Below, in pieces: positions 19,201-28,723 of a stretch of DNA of 64,000 nt. A program made the position numbers and the translations under genes. Source of the DNA: a candidate division WOR-3 bacterium (GTDB lineage: Bacteria > Hydrothermota > Hydrothermia > LBFQ01); NCBI GenBank assembly GCA_039802605.1, contig JBDRWW010000002.1, forward strand, positions 64,001 through 128,000. The letters run 5' to 3'. The notes under the pieces are model-generated. The model was given only the letters and a program-made list of their open reading frames with translations. It was not told where the DNA came from and did not search any database. How positions within the stretch are numbered: the stretch's first letter is position 1; the number at the start of each line of letters is the position of its first letter.

Positions 19201-20472
19201 ATGCTTTGGACAATATCTTGGGTAGTTGCACCTGTTATAAACGATACAATTTTTAAGGGGGATACATGCCCCGGAACTGCCGTCCACTCCGCATTGGTTG
19301 GAATACCGTCATCTTACGCGTGTGCGGATATAATGTTTGCCTTTGACCTAACGGGTTCAATGGGTGGGGAACTTTCGTATGCGCAAGCAAACGCAAATGC
19401 AATAATGGACAGCCTTATGTCATCAATACCGGATGTTAGGTTTGGAGTGTCATCGCATTCGGATTACCCGGCATCTTACTCCTGGTGCGGATATTCCGAT
19501 ACATACGGAATTTTCGAAGATTTTCCTTATCAACTGAACCAACCCCTAACTTATGATACCGCACTCGTCAGGTCTGCAATATACTCCCTCTCTATATTAT
19601 ATGGAGCAGATAGTCCCGAGGATTATGCGAGGCTTTTATGGGAAATGTTGAACGACCCCGGAATCGATTGGAGAAGATCTTGTGCGAGGTTCGTGGTGTT
19701 TTGGCTTGACAATATACCGCATGCTTGCGATATATACGACCCTTCAAGGCCTTATTGGACAAACACTGGGGTCGAACCCGGAAGGGATGCCACGGCTGGA
19801 ACTCCGGATGACATATATTGGTATCCCCTTTTGAGGGATTTGAGGAGAAACGGAATAAAACCTGTAATAATGGTTAGTGCAACTTATACATACTACCTCC
19901 CTTGGTGGCAGTATTGGATGTCCGATACCCTCGCGGATGGCATAGCAACCATAAGGGGCAGCGGTATAGCGAGGCAAATAGATTCCATTGTGAATTCAAC
20001 GGCCTTAACCATAGACACTTTAAGGCCTGTTGTTAGGGAACCCGCATATACCTCCTGGGTTAGTTTCACACCACCATATTATGCGGGTATAACCCTTTCG
20101 CCACCGGAGGATACATTCGGCTTCACAATAACCTTTAATGTTCCACCTGCCGCCCCATCGGGCTTACACACATTCCACATAGACTATTACAGGGATGCCA
20201 TACTCGTTGACAGCCAGTTGGTGAATTTATGGGTTTATGACTGCACGGCCGGGTACGACGACCCGATAGCTGTCAAGGAGAGGTTGAGCAGGGATAAGGT
20301 TATAATCACGCAAAATGCGGTTTATGTATCCGATGGATATACCGTTGAAGTTTATTCTGCGGACGGTAAGAGGATATACACATTGAATTCCGGAAAATAC
20401 GAGTTCAGGAATAGGGGTATATACTTCGTAAGGGTTAAGGGAGGAAAGACCTTTAAGGTCGTTGTCAGGTAA
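19201..20472 (+). CDS. von Willebrand factor A domain protein with a T9SS-like C-terminal domain
   Basis: MIDAS DLTGSM, GADSPED; C-terminus VEVYSADGKR...GIYFVRV...KVVVR. Confidence 0.85.
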   Translation: MLWTISWVVAPVINDTIFKGDTCPGTAVHSALVGIPSSYACADIMFAFDLTGSMGGELSYAQANANAIMDSLMSSIPDVRFGVSSHSDYPASYSWCGYSDTYGIFEDFPYQLNQPLTYDTALVRSAIYSLSILYGADSPEDYARLLWEMLNDPGIDWRRSCARFVVFWLDNIPHACDIYDPSRPYWTNTGVEPGRDATAGTPDDIYWYPLLRDLRRNGIKPVIMVSATYTYYLPWWQYWMSDTLADGIATIRGSGIARQIDSIVNSTALTIDTLRPVVREPAYTSWVSFTPPYYAGITLSPPEDTFGFTITFNVPPAAPSGLHTFHIDYYRDAILVDSQLVNLWVYDCTAGYDDPIAVKERLSRDKVIITQNAVYVSDGYTVEVYSADGKRIYTLNSGKYEFRNRGIYFVRVKGGKTFKVVVR

Positions 20473-20492
20473 TCGCCCTTAAAATACCCTTA

Positions 20493-20885
20493 ATGGGTGC
20501 GGGGATTATAGCGGTAGCATTTCAATATTTGGGTGTTCCCTACAAGTATGGGGGTAATGACACGGCGGGAATGGATTGTAGTGGATTTGTTAGAAAGGTG
20601 TTTGAACACTTCGGAATAGATGCACCAAGGAGGGCAAGGGATTATATAAATTTTGGGAAACCCGTTCCCTTGGATAGCATAATTCCCGGGGATATATTGC
20701 TCTTCAAGTTTGAACACAAGTATGTGGATCATGTTGGGATATATGTGGGGAACGATGAGGTAATACATTCCGCATCAAAAAGGGGGGTAATAGTTGAGAG
20801 TTTAAAATACATCAGAAAAAACCTCGTAGGTGCCAGGAGGGTTTATATACCTTCAAACATATACGATGCGGTGGTTGAATTTTGA
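20493..20885 (+). CDS. NlpC/P60 (C40) cell-wall peptidase
   Basis: YLGVPYKYGG, DCSGFV, PGDILLF, HVGIYVG, IHS. Confidence 0.95.
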   Translation: MGAGIIAVAFQYLGVPYKYGGNDTAGMDCSGFVRKVFEHFGIDAPRRARDYINFGKPVPLDSIIPGDILLFKFEHKYVDHVGIYVGNDEVIHSASKRGVIVESLKYIRKNLVGARRVYIPSNIYDAVVEF

Positions 20886-20911
20886 TACCCACCACACAAA
20901 TTTTTCCCCCT

Positions 20912-20917
20912 TATAAT
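20912..20917 (+). promoter_or_regulatory. -10 box of tRNA-Asp and the downstream operon
   Basis: TATAAT 12 nt before the mature tRNA 5' end. Confidence 0.7.
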
Positions 20918-20929
20918 ATCCACCTCAAC

Positions 20930-21004
20930 GGGGACGTAGTTCAGCCTGGTTAGAACGCCGGCCTGTCACGCCGGAGGTCGCGGGTTCAAATCCCGTCGTC
21001 CCCG
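20930..21004 (+). tRNA. tRNA-Asp(GTC), CCA not encoded
   Basis: Acceptor stem GGGGACG/CGTCCCC, D stem GTTC/GAAC, anticodon arm CCGGC-CTGTCAC-GCCGG, T loop TTCAAAT, discriminator G21004 followed by TTT. Confidence 0.98.
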
Positions 21005-21005
21005 T

Positions 21006-21968
21006 TTGTCCCAATTTGGAAGGTTGAGGGTAGGGGTTGTGGGGGTGGGTTATCTCGGTTCCATACATGTATCAAAACTCGTAAATTTCCCAGAGGTTGA
21101 GGGGATATTAGTGTACGACATAAATCCGGAAAAGATGTCAAGGGCCGAAAGGGAATACGGGGTAAAACCTACGGGTTCTTTGGAAGAGATAGTTGAAAAA
21201 TCCGATGTAATTATATGCGCATCCCCCACTACTACCCATTACGGGATAGTTAAGTTTTGCATAGAAAAGGGGAAACCGGTTTTTGTGGAAAAACCCTTAA
21301 CCGACAACATAAAAACCGCAGAGGAAATATTAAATTTGAGCAAGGAGAAAGGGGTTAAGGTTCAGGTTGGGCATGTTGAGAGGTTTAATCCCGCCTTTCT
21401 TTCCGCAAAGAGTTTAATAAAGGATAAGCCTTTTTTTATAGAAAGCGTCCGCATGAGCATTTATAATCCGAGGGGAACGGATGTTGATGTTATCCTTGAC
21501 CTTATGATACACGATATAGACCTAACACTATCCCTTGTATCGGAAATGCCCGAAAATATCAGCGCAATAGGGGTTCCGGTGCTAACCGGGGACATTGATA
21601 TAGCAAATGTAAGGCTTGAATTCCCATCAGGCGCTTTGGCGAATCTGACCGCAAGCAGGATATCCCTTGAAAAGATGAGGAAGTTCAGGGTTTTCACCAA
21701 AGAAAACTACCTTTCCATAGACTTATACCATAAGAAAACGGAGATGGTTAGGAGGTTTGACGGCGAAATCCTACCCTATTTCCCCCCCGTTGATACTTCC
21801 TTAGATGCCATAACCCTTGAGCTAAAATCCTTTATAGAGGCGGTACTCCAAGATAAACCCGTGGTGGTATCCGCAGAGGACGGGTATAAAAATATGCTCG
21901 TGGCGGAAATGATAAAGGAACACATATCAAAAAGGTTGGGAAAAATCCATGAAAATACGAGGCCATAA
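21006..21968 (+). CDS. Gfo/Idh/MocA-family oxidoreductase
   Basis: GVGYLG, VEKP, VGHVERFNPA, DLMIHDID; start is TTG 21006 or TTG 21024. Confidence 0.93.
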   Translation: MSQFGRLRVGVVGVGYLGSIHVSKLVNFPEVEGILVYDINPEKMSRAEREYGVKPTGSLEEIVEKSDVIICASPTTTHYGIVKFCIEKGKPVFVEKPLTDNIKTAEEILNLSKEKGVKVQVGHVERFNPAFLSAKSLIKDKPFFIESVRMSIYNPRGTDVDVILDLMIHDIDLTLSLVSEMPENISAIGVPVLTGDIDIANVRLEFPSGALANLTASRISLEKMRKFRVFTKENYLSIDLYHKKTEMVRRFDGEILPYFPPVDTSLDAITLELKSFIEAVLQDKPVVVSAEDGYKNMLVAEMIKEHISKRLGKIHENTRP

Positions 21969-22329
21969 CCGCTGTTTTATATGCGGCGAGGGTGGTTTGA
22001 ACTTGGATTTTGAAGTTTTTGAAGGGGAAGCAAGGGCATACTTTAAGATTGACGATAGATTCCAAGGTTTTGAGGGTATAACCCATGGGGGGATTATTTC
22101 TTCCATCTTGGCGGAATGTATGGGGGTTTTGGTTTCTTCGCTCAATGGTAAGTTTTTGGGAAGGGAAATATGCGCGGAATTCTTAAAGGTTATGCCCGTT
22201 AATGAAAACTACGAGGTTGTGGCAAGGCTTTTGGAGATTGATGGAAATAGGGTTGTATGCGAAGGATACATTCGCAACAGAAACGGTGAGATTGCGGCAA
22301 GGGGTAAGGGGGTTTTTGTTTTAATATGA
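21949..22329 (+). CDS. PaaI-family thioesterase (hotdog fold)
   Basis: CFICG, FQGFEGITHGGIISSIL. Confidence 0.88.
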   Translation: MKIRGHNRCFICGEGGLNLDFEVFEGEARAYFKIDDRFQGFEGITHGGIISSILAECMGVLVSSLNGKFLGREICAEFLKVMPVNENYEVVARLLEIDGNRVVCEGYIRNRNGEIAARGKGVFVLI

Positions 22330-23624
22330 GGTTATCGGAATTGGCAAAAATTTTAAACGGTTGCCTTAGGGGATACGATGTCGAATTTGCGGGGGTTTCA
22401 ACGGATAGCAGGGACATTGATATAGGGGATTTATTCGTGGCCATTAAGGGTTTAAGGTTTGATGGGCACGATTTCGTTGAAGATGCCTTAAACAGGGGGG
22501 CGGTTGCGTCCCTGGTGGAGAAACCCGTAAAGGGGAATTATGTACTCGTTGATGATACCGTTAATGCCTTACTGAGATGGGCAAGGTATAAGAGGGAAAG
22601 GTTTAAAGGTGAGGTTATAGGTGTTCTCGGTGCCGTTGGCAAAACCACTACAAAGGGGATGTTGGCCCACACCTTAAAGGAATTTTACAAAATAACATAT
22701 TCACCAAAGAGTTTTAACAACTTTGTGGGGCTATCAATAACTATAACAAAAGCATCCGTAGATGAGGATTTATGGGTTTTGGAATTGGGTACAAACAGAC
22801 CCGGTGAAATAAAAAAACTGGCAAAATCCTCAATACCAAACCATGTAATATTTACCCGCCTTGGTCCGGAACACATAGAGGGTTTTGGGAGTACATTAAA
22901 CGCCATAAGGGAAGAGTATAGTGTTTTGGAATATGTGGATGGGTTGGTTTTGATACATTCTGAGGCCCCCATTTTTCCGGAAGGGAGGTTTTACACATAC
23001 GGGTTTTCCGAAGGGGATTTCGTCGGTAAAAACCTGAATATATCGGAGGATGGTGTAAGGTTTAACTTTGAGGGGGTAGAGTTTTTTGTACCCTATCCGC
23101 ATTTCGGGTTTGCGGAAAACGCCTTAGCCGTTGCGAGCTTTTCAAAGCTTTTCGGATTACCCTTAAAAGAGGTTTCGGATATATTGAGGGAATACAGGGG
23201 TGAGCCTATGAGGATGGAAAGGCTTAAATGCGGTGATCTATTGGTTATAAACGATGCTTACAACTCAAACCCCCTATCCGTTGATATGCTCTTAAAATCG
23301 GTTTATCATATATATCCGGATAAAAAGATATTTTTCGCATTTGGGGATATGTTGGAATTGGGATCCGAATCGGAGTATTGGCACAGGTGGGTGGGGAAAA
23401 AGATGTGCCTTTACGGTATTTCTGCCGTTGCGGGATATGGCGGGTTTTCGGGTTTTGTATTGGATGAGGCGAAGAATTGCGGTATTAAAACCTTCTACGC
23501 CAAAAGTCATGAGGATATAGCGGAGTATATCTTGGCGGGGGATTGGGATATTGTGATAGTTAAAGGGTCGCGGGGTATGGAGATGGAAAGGGTTGTTAAG
23601 ATTCTATGCTCTCGGAATACATAA
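22326..23624 (+). CDS. murF: UDP-MurNAc-tripeptide--D-Ala-D-Ala ligase
   Basis: TDSR, FDGHDF, GKTTTK, NDAYNSNP, GDMLELG, VKGSRGM. Confidence 0.96.
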   Translation: MRLSELAKILNGCLRGYDVEFAGVSTDSRDIDIGDLFVAIKGLRFDGHDFVEDALNRGAVASLVEKPVKGNYVLVDDTVNALLRWARYKRERFKGEVIGVLGAVGKTTTKGMLAHTLKEFYKITYSPKSFNNFVGLSITITKASVDEDLWVLELGTNRPGEIKKLAKSSIPNHVIFTRLGPEHIEGFGSTLNAIREEYSVLEYVDGLVLIHSEAPIFPEGRFYTYGFSEGDFVGKNLNISEDGVRFNFEGVEFFVPYPHFGFAENALAVASFSKLFGLPLKEVSDILREYRGEPMRMERLKCGDLLVINDAYNSNPLSVDMLLKSVYHIYPDKKIFFAFGDMLELGSESEYWHRWVGKKMCLYGISAVAGYGGFSGFVLDEAKNCGIKTFYAKSHEDIAEYILAGDWDIVIVKGSRGMEMERVVKILCSRNT

Positions 23625-24508
23625 GGGAAAACAAATCCCTATTTTCAACCCTTAGGGAAATCCTTGGGGAAGGGTTTGATGAGTTTTTGGATTATATAAC
23701 TTCCTTTAAGTTAAGGCCTTATATAAGGGCCAATACCCTGAAAATTGAACCCGAAAGGTTAAAACAACGCCTTGAAGGTAAAGGTTTTGTATTGAAGGAA
23801 ACCATTTTAAACTACGCTTTTAGGGTTGATTACTATCCGTCGGAATTGGGTAAAACCTTGGAGCACTTTTTGGGTTATTATTATGTTCAGGATTTGGCAT
23901 CCATGCTACCGGCACACATATTAAATCCTAAAAAACACTCTTATGTCTTGGATATAGCATCCGCACCCGGTTCAAAAACAACGCTTTTAAGCATGTTAAT
24001 GGAAAACACGGGTTTTATACTCGCAAACGATTACAGCATGGATAGGACAAAGGCTACGGTTAATAATGTTGAAAGGTTGGGTTGCTTAAATGTTGTCATA
24101 AGCATAAGCAAGGGCGAGAAATTGGTAAAGTATTACAAAAATTATTTTGATTATGCCCTCGTCGATGCCCCTTGCACATCCTTGGGAACATTGCACAAAA
24201 ACCCGGAGGTTATAAGGTGGTGGTCCCCAAGGGAGGTGAATGTTATGGCAAAAACCCAGTTAAACCTACTCCTGGCGGCTTACGAGATGTTAAAGGATGG
24301 CGGAACCTTGGTTTATTCAACATGTACGCTGACATATGAGGAAAACGAGGAAGTCGTTGAGAGATTCTTGAAGATGAGCGGGGCAAAGGTTGAGGAAATA
24401 AGGTTAAATATAGGGGAGGTTTACGGTGGAATTAGGGGTACGGTAAGACTTTACCCTCACAAAACGCAAACCGAGGGGTTTTTTATGGCAAAGTTTAAAA
24501 AGGTATGA
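23606..24508 (+). CDS. RsmB/NOL1/NOP2-family RNA m5C methyltransferase
   Basis: YVQDLASM, APGSKT, DAPCT, YSTCT, EGFF. Confidence 0.93.
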   Translation: MLSEYIRENKSLFSTLREILGEGFDEFLDYITSFKLRPYIRANTLKIEPERLKQRLEGKGFVLKETILNYAFRVDYYPSELGKTLEHFLGYYYVQDLASMLPAHILNPKKHSYVLDIASAPGSKTTLLSMLMENTGFILANDYSMDRTKATVNNVERLGCLNVVISISKGEKLVKYYKNYFDYALVDAPCTSLGTLHKNPEVIRWWSPREVNVMAKTQLNLLLAAYEMLKDGGTLVYSTCTLTYEENEEVVERFLKMSGAKVEEIRLNIGEVYGGIRGTVRLYPHKTQTEGFFMAKFKKV

Positions 24509-25578
24509 GAAACCTGATAGTTTTATCCCTTGTTAGTTTTTTTCAAGACCTTTCAAGTGAAACGATATTCCCAATTTTAACACATATGGTTGGAAGTTTT
24601 GGTGTTCAGTATTTTGGGATAATGGAGGCTATCGCGGAATTAACATCAAACCTTCTAAAACTCGTTTCGGGGAATATTTACGATAGGTTTTCAAAGGCAA
24701 AACCTCTAATATTCGTAGGCTATTTATTATCAACAATGGCGAAAAGCGTATATATATTCGCAAACTTACCGATTTCGTTTATACTCGGGAGGTTTGGTGA
24801 TAGGATAGGTAAGGGTATAAGGACGAGTCCGAGGGATGCCCTATTATCCCTAAGCGTCCCAAAGGAAAAGCAGGGTATTGCCTTCGGTATTCACAGGTTT
24901 TCGGATACATTGGGGGCGGTATTGGGGCCTTTACTTTTATTGTTCCTCATAAGTAGGTTTTCCGAAAGGTATATTATAGCAATTGCATTGATACCAGCGG
25001 TTATAGCCGTGCCGCTCATAACCCTCGCAAAGGAAGTGGGGAAGGTAAAAACCCCAAAATTCACCATAAGGTTTGTTCTACCGTTAAAACTCTCCATATT
25101 CTTGGTTTTTCTATCCATGGGCAATATATCCATAGGCTTTTTCCTACTAAAAGGTGGGGATATACACACCTTCCCGATAAACTATTTGGTTTTTAATGTG
25201 GTATACGCCGTTGTGAATTTGGTTGCCGGATATTTTTACGATAAGTTGGGTTTCAAGGTTTTAATGTTTTTGGGCTTGGCCTTTTTAGTACTTTCCGATA
25301 TTACGGTTATAAAAGGTTTTAACCTACTCATTTCCGTTTCGCTTTTCGGGATATTTTATGGGATATACGATACCATACCCAAAGCGTATATCGGTAAGGT
25401 TATGGGTGAAAGTCTGAAAGGTTCGGCATTCGGTTCGTATTACATATTATCGGGTATATCCCTGTTTGTAGGTAATATCTTGGCGGGTTTTCTGTTTGGC
25501 TTATACGGTAATGTTGGAGCCTTTATACTATCCGCAATTTTCGGCATATCCGCAACAATAATCCTAATCTTCCTTTGA
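24505..25578 (+). CDS. MFS transporter
   Basis: DRIGKGIRTSPRDAL, AFGIHRFSDTLGAVLGP; many TM helices. Confidence 0.92.
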   Translation: MRNLIVLSLVSFFQDLSSETIFPILTHMVGSFGVQYFGIMEAIAELTSNLLKLVSGNIYDRFSKAKPLIFVGYLLSTMAKSVYIFANLPISFILGRFGDRIGKGIRTSPRDALLSLSVPKEKQGIAFGIHRFSDTLGAVLGPLLLLFLISRFSERYIIAIALIPAVIAVPLITLAKEVGKVKTPKFTIRFVLPLKLSIFLVFLSMGNISIGFFLLKGGDIHTFPINYLVFNVVYAVVNLVAGYFYDKLGFKVLMFLGLAFLVLSDITVIKGFNLLISVSLFGIFYGIYDTIPKAYIGKVMGESLKGSAFGSYYILSGISLFVGNILAGFLFGLYGNVGAFILSAIFGISATIILIFL

Positions 25579-26615
25579 CAGGGCTTTACATTCATATACC
25601 CTTTTGTAGAAAGGTTTGCCCGTATTGCGATTTTTATAGGAGGGTCGGTGAGGTTTGGGATGAATATATATCGGTACTTTGTAAGGAGATGGTGGAGTAT
25701 AAGGGGGAAGTTGTGGATACGGTTTATTTTGGGGGTGGAACGCCTTCCCTGTTAAAACACCATCAACTTTATACCCTGTTTGAGAGCATATACGAGAACT
25801 TTAAACTTAGTCCCAAGGAAATAACCATAGAGGCCAATCCGGAAGATGTTAATGGTAAGAATTTGGAATTCTGGAAAACTTTGGGGATAAACAGGATAAG
25901 CATAGGGGTTCAAACCTTTAACGAAAGGGGTTTAAAAGTTTTGGGCAGGTGGCACACACCGGAGGAATGTATAAAGGCTGTTGAAAAATCTTTAAGTGCG
26001 GGTTTTAACACAAATGTGGATATAATATTCGCCTATCCGGAACAAACCTTAAAGGATTTTGAAAAGGATTTGGAGATGATTTTAAGGTTAAAACCCCAAC
26101 ATATTTCCGTTTATAGCCTCCAAATTGAGGAAAAAACGCTGTACCATTACTGGTACAAAAGGGGTAAATTGAATGTTCCAGAGGACATAAGGGAATTTTA
26201 CGTTTTAAGGGATAGCATTTTGGAGGATGGGGGTTATATAAGGTATGAGATTTCAAACTTTGCCAAAAGGGGATACGAATGCGCCCATAATATGAAATAT
26301 TGGAAAAGGGAGAAATATCTGGGACTTGGACCATCCGCCGCGTCCTTTATTCCCGAAAAAAAGCTGAGGTTTAGGAATTTGCCATCTTTAAACCTTTATA
26401 TGAAAAATCACCCGCCTCCAAGGGAATACGAAATTCTGGACGATTATAAGGAAAGGATTGAAAAAATCTATTTGGGTTTGAGGATAGGGCTGAAAAAAGA
26501 AGAATTGGGCGATATGGGTAAAGTTGGGGAATTTTTGGAAGAGTTTGAAGGTAATATAAGGGTTAAAAAGGAGTTTTTGCACATATTTGATAAAATAGTG
26601 GAGGAATTGATATAG
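25575..26615 (+). CDS. hemW: Radical SAM heme chaperone, HemW/HemN-like
   Basis: LYIHIPFCRKVCPYCDF, GGGTPS, YEISNFA, YLGLGPSA. Confidence 0.92.
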   Translation: MTGLYIHIPFCRKVCPYCDFYRRVGEVWDEYISVLCKEMVEYKGEVVDTVYFGGGTPSLLKHHQLYTLFESIYENFKLSPKEITIEANPEDVNGKNLEFWKTLGINRISIGVQTFNERGLKVLGRWHTPEECIKAVEKSLSAGFNTNVDIIFAYPEQTLKDFEKDLEMILRLKPQHISVYSLQIEEKTLYHYWYKRGKLNVPEDIREFYVLRDSILEDGGYIRYEISNFAKRGYECAHNMKYWKREKYLGLGPSAASFIPEKKLRFRNLPSLNLYMKNHPPPREYEILDDYKERIEKIYLGLRIGLKKEELGDMGKVGEFLEEFEGNIRVKKEFLHIFDKIVEELI

Positions 26616-26619
26616 GGTT

Positions 26620-27594
26620 TTATCGCACCTTTGCGGCTTCCGATAAAACATCTAAAACCTTCTTCTTTATACCCTCCTTATCAAACCCGTAATGTCTGTA
26701 AAGATCTTTATAGGAACCCGACCTACCAAAACTATCACCCATGTTTATAAAGTTTATGGGTGCGGATATTCCCTCTTTTGCCAAGAAATGGGAAACGGCC
26801 ATACCAAGGCCTCCCCACATAACATGGTCTTCCACAACGATTATACCTCCCCTTGCCTTTGCGGCGTCAACTATTGCCTCCTCATCGTACGGTTTTATCC
26901 CTATGAAATCATAAACGGCTGCCGAAATACCCTCTTTCTCCAATTCAAGGGCGGCCGAAAGGGCGTGGTGCACCGGCAAACCCGTTGCAATTATTGATAT
27001 ATCCTTCCCTTCCTTTAACTTTACGGCCTCACCTATTTTATAATTAAACTCCTCTCTATATATTGTAGGACTTGAAGGCCTAACAAGCCTAACATACGCA
27101 TAACCCTCATACTCATAGACCGCTCTTAAAACGCTCTTTGCGGAATAATAATCCGAGGGCGATAATACAACCATTCCCGGTATTGCGGACATTATGGCTA
27201 TATCCTCACATATCTGGTGGGATGCCCCATCCTCACCGGTTGCAATCCCGGCATGCGTTGCCACGAGTTTTACATTAAAGTTTCCATATGCAACGGATAA
27301 CCTTATCTGCTCCCAAGGCCTACCCGTTGTAAAAACCGCAAAACTTGATGTAAAGGGTATTTTACCAACCGCCGCTAAACCCGCGGCTATACCTATCATA
27401 TTCTGTTCCTGAATGCCGATCTCTATATACCTTTCTGGATATTTCTCCCCAAACTTCGCGGCGTTAGTTGAATGCCCCAAATCGCAATCTATAACCACCA
27501 CCCTTTCATCGTCCCCTATTTCCAAAAGGAAATCACCATAAGCCTTTCTTATAGGAATCTCATTCCCGAGTTTGTCAATGTATATTCTCTTCAT
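26620..27594 (-). CDS. Transketolase, C-terminal (pyrimidine-binding) subunit
   Basis: GIQEQNMIG, THAGIATGEDGASHQ, VEDH. Confidence 0.93.
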   Translation of the reverse strand: MKRIYIDKLGNEIPIRKAYGDFLLEIGDDERVVVIDCDLGHSTNAAKFGEKYPERYIEIGIQEQNMIGIAAGLAAVGKIPFTSSFAVFTTGRPWEQIRLSVAYGNFNVKLVATHAGIATGEDGASHQICEDIAIMSAIPGMVVLSPSDYYSAKSVLRAVYEYEGYAYVRLVRPSSPTIYREEFNYKIGEAVKLKEGKDISIIATGLPVHHALSAALELEKEGISAAVYDFIGIKPYDEEAIVDAAKARGGIIVVEDHVMWGGLGMAVSHFLAKEGISAPINFINMGDSFGRSGSYKDLYRHYGFDKEGIKKKVLDVLSEAAKVR

Positions 27595-28686
27595 TTATGT
27601 TAAAGGCACGGTCAGGAAAAACACCTCATCCCTTCCGCTTGGAGATATGTAAATAGGCGTACTCTCGCCGGAAATCTTAATATCAACCCTCTCATATTCC
27701 AACTTTTTCAAAATTTCCCTTATATGATTCCCAAGCATTTTAATGGAGATCTTTCCAAAGGTTTCCCCTTCAACCTCCTCAATCCCCCTACCCTTTGCCG
27801 AAAGCGTGGATATAACCGCCTTGTTTTGCTCAATGTCAAATATTAATTCTCCGGTTTCCGGTAAAAAGGGTTGTAACCTCTCTACCGCAAAGAGTAAATC
27901 GTCCCTATTGGCGGTTATGCCGGCAACGAATTCCCTAGGTATAAACTCCTCATAATCCACATACTCTTCATCTATTAGCCTAACTATTAAGGATACATTC
28001 ACGGGTTCAACGGTGGTTTTTATATAAAGGCGCCCTTTTTCTATGTTCAATATTGCCGAACCCTCATCTATCAACTTAACCACATCCACCATATATGTGG
28101 GTATAATCCCTTTAAATTCACCCTCAAACCTCATAGCCGCAAACTTGCCAAATATGGTCCCATCCGAAGCCACAAAGTTTAAATTCCCATCCTTACTATG
28201 TATATATACACCGTTCAAAAATATCCTGCTGTCGTTTTCCGCCGCACACCAACCCACCACATTTAAACCCTCCACAAAATCCTCCAAGTTTATAGTATAA
28301 CCCTCTGAGATTGAATAATCCGGAGGTTCCGGAAACTCATCCCTGTTTAGTTTATGAAGTTCGTACTGGGATTGGCTACCCTCGCTAAAAATCCTTATAG
28401 AACTTTCCTCTTCAACGACCTTTACGCTTGGGGTTTTAAAGTTTTTCAAAAGGGCCAACATCTCTTTAATCGGTATAAAAACCTCACCATCCGAACCTTC
28501 GTATATGGGCATATCCTGTATCAACCAGCTATCCACATCCGTGGCATATACCGTTAAGCTTCCATCACCAACCTTTAACAACACACCCGGCGATAAAAAC
28601 AGATTTTTCTTAACCTTACTTATAAGTTTGTTTGCCCTGCTCAAAGCCTCATAAAAAATTTCCCTATCAATTAAAAAATTCATCAT
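27595..28686 (-). CDS. dnaN: DNA polymerase III beta sliding clamp
   Basis: ATD, EFP, LNGVY, VASDG, RLIDEEYVDY; 363 aa. Confidence 0.92.
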   Translation of the reverse strand: MMNFLIDREIFYEALSRANKLISKVKKNLFLSPGVLLKVGDGSLTVYATDVDSWLIQDMPIYEGSDGEVFIPIKEMLALLKNFKTPSVKVVEEESSIRIFSEGSQSQYELHKLNRDEFPEPPDYSISEGYTINLEDFVEGLNVVGWCAAENDSRIFLNGVYIHSKDGNLNFVASDGTIFGKFAAMRFEGEFKGIIPTYMVDVVKLIDEGSAILNIEKGRLYIKTTVEPVNVSLIVRLIDEEYVDYEEFIPREFVAGITANRDDLLFAVERLQPFLPETGELIFDIEQNKAVISTLSAKGRGIEEVEGETFGKISIKMLGNHIREILKKLEYERVDIKISGESTPIYISPSGRDEVFFLTVPLT

Positions 28687-28723
28687 AAGCGGGTATTTTA
28701 CCTCTGCCGTGTGTGTTTTGTGG

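Noticed and set aside
27595..28723. Replication origin near dnaN
   Set aside because: No dnaA, only 37 nt of intergenic DNA, and no DnaA-box cluster seen.
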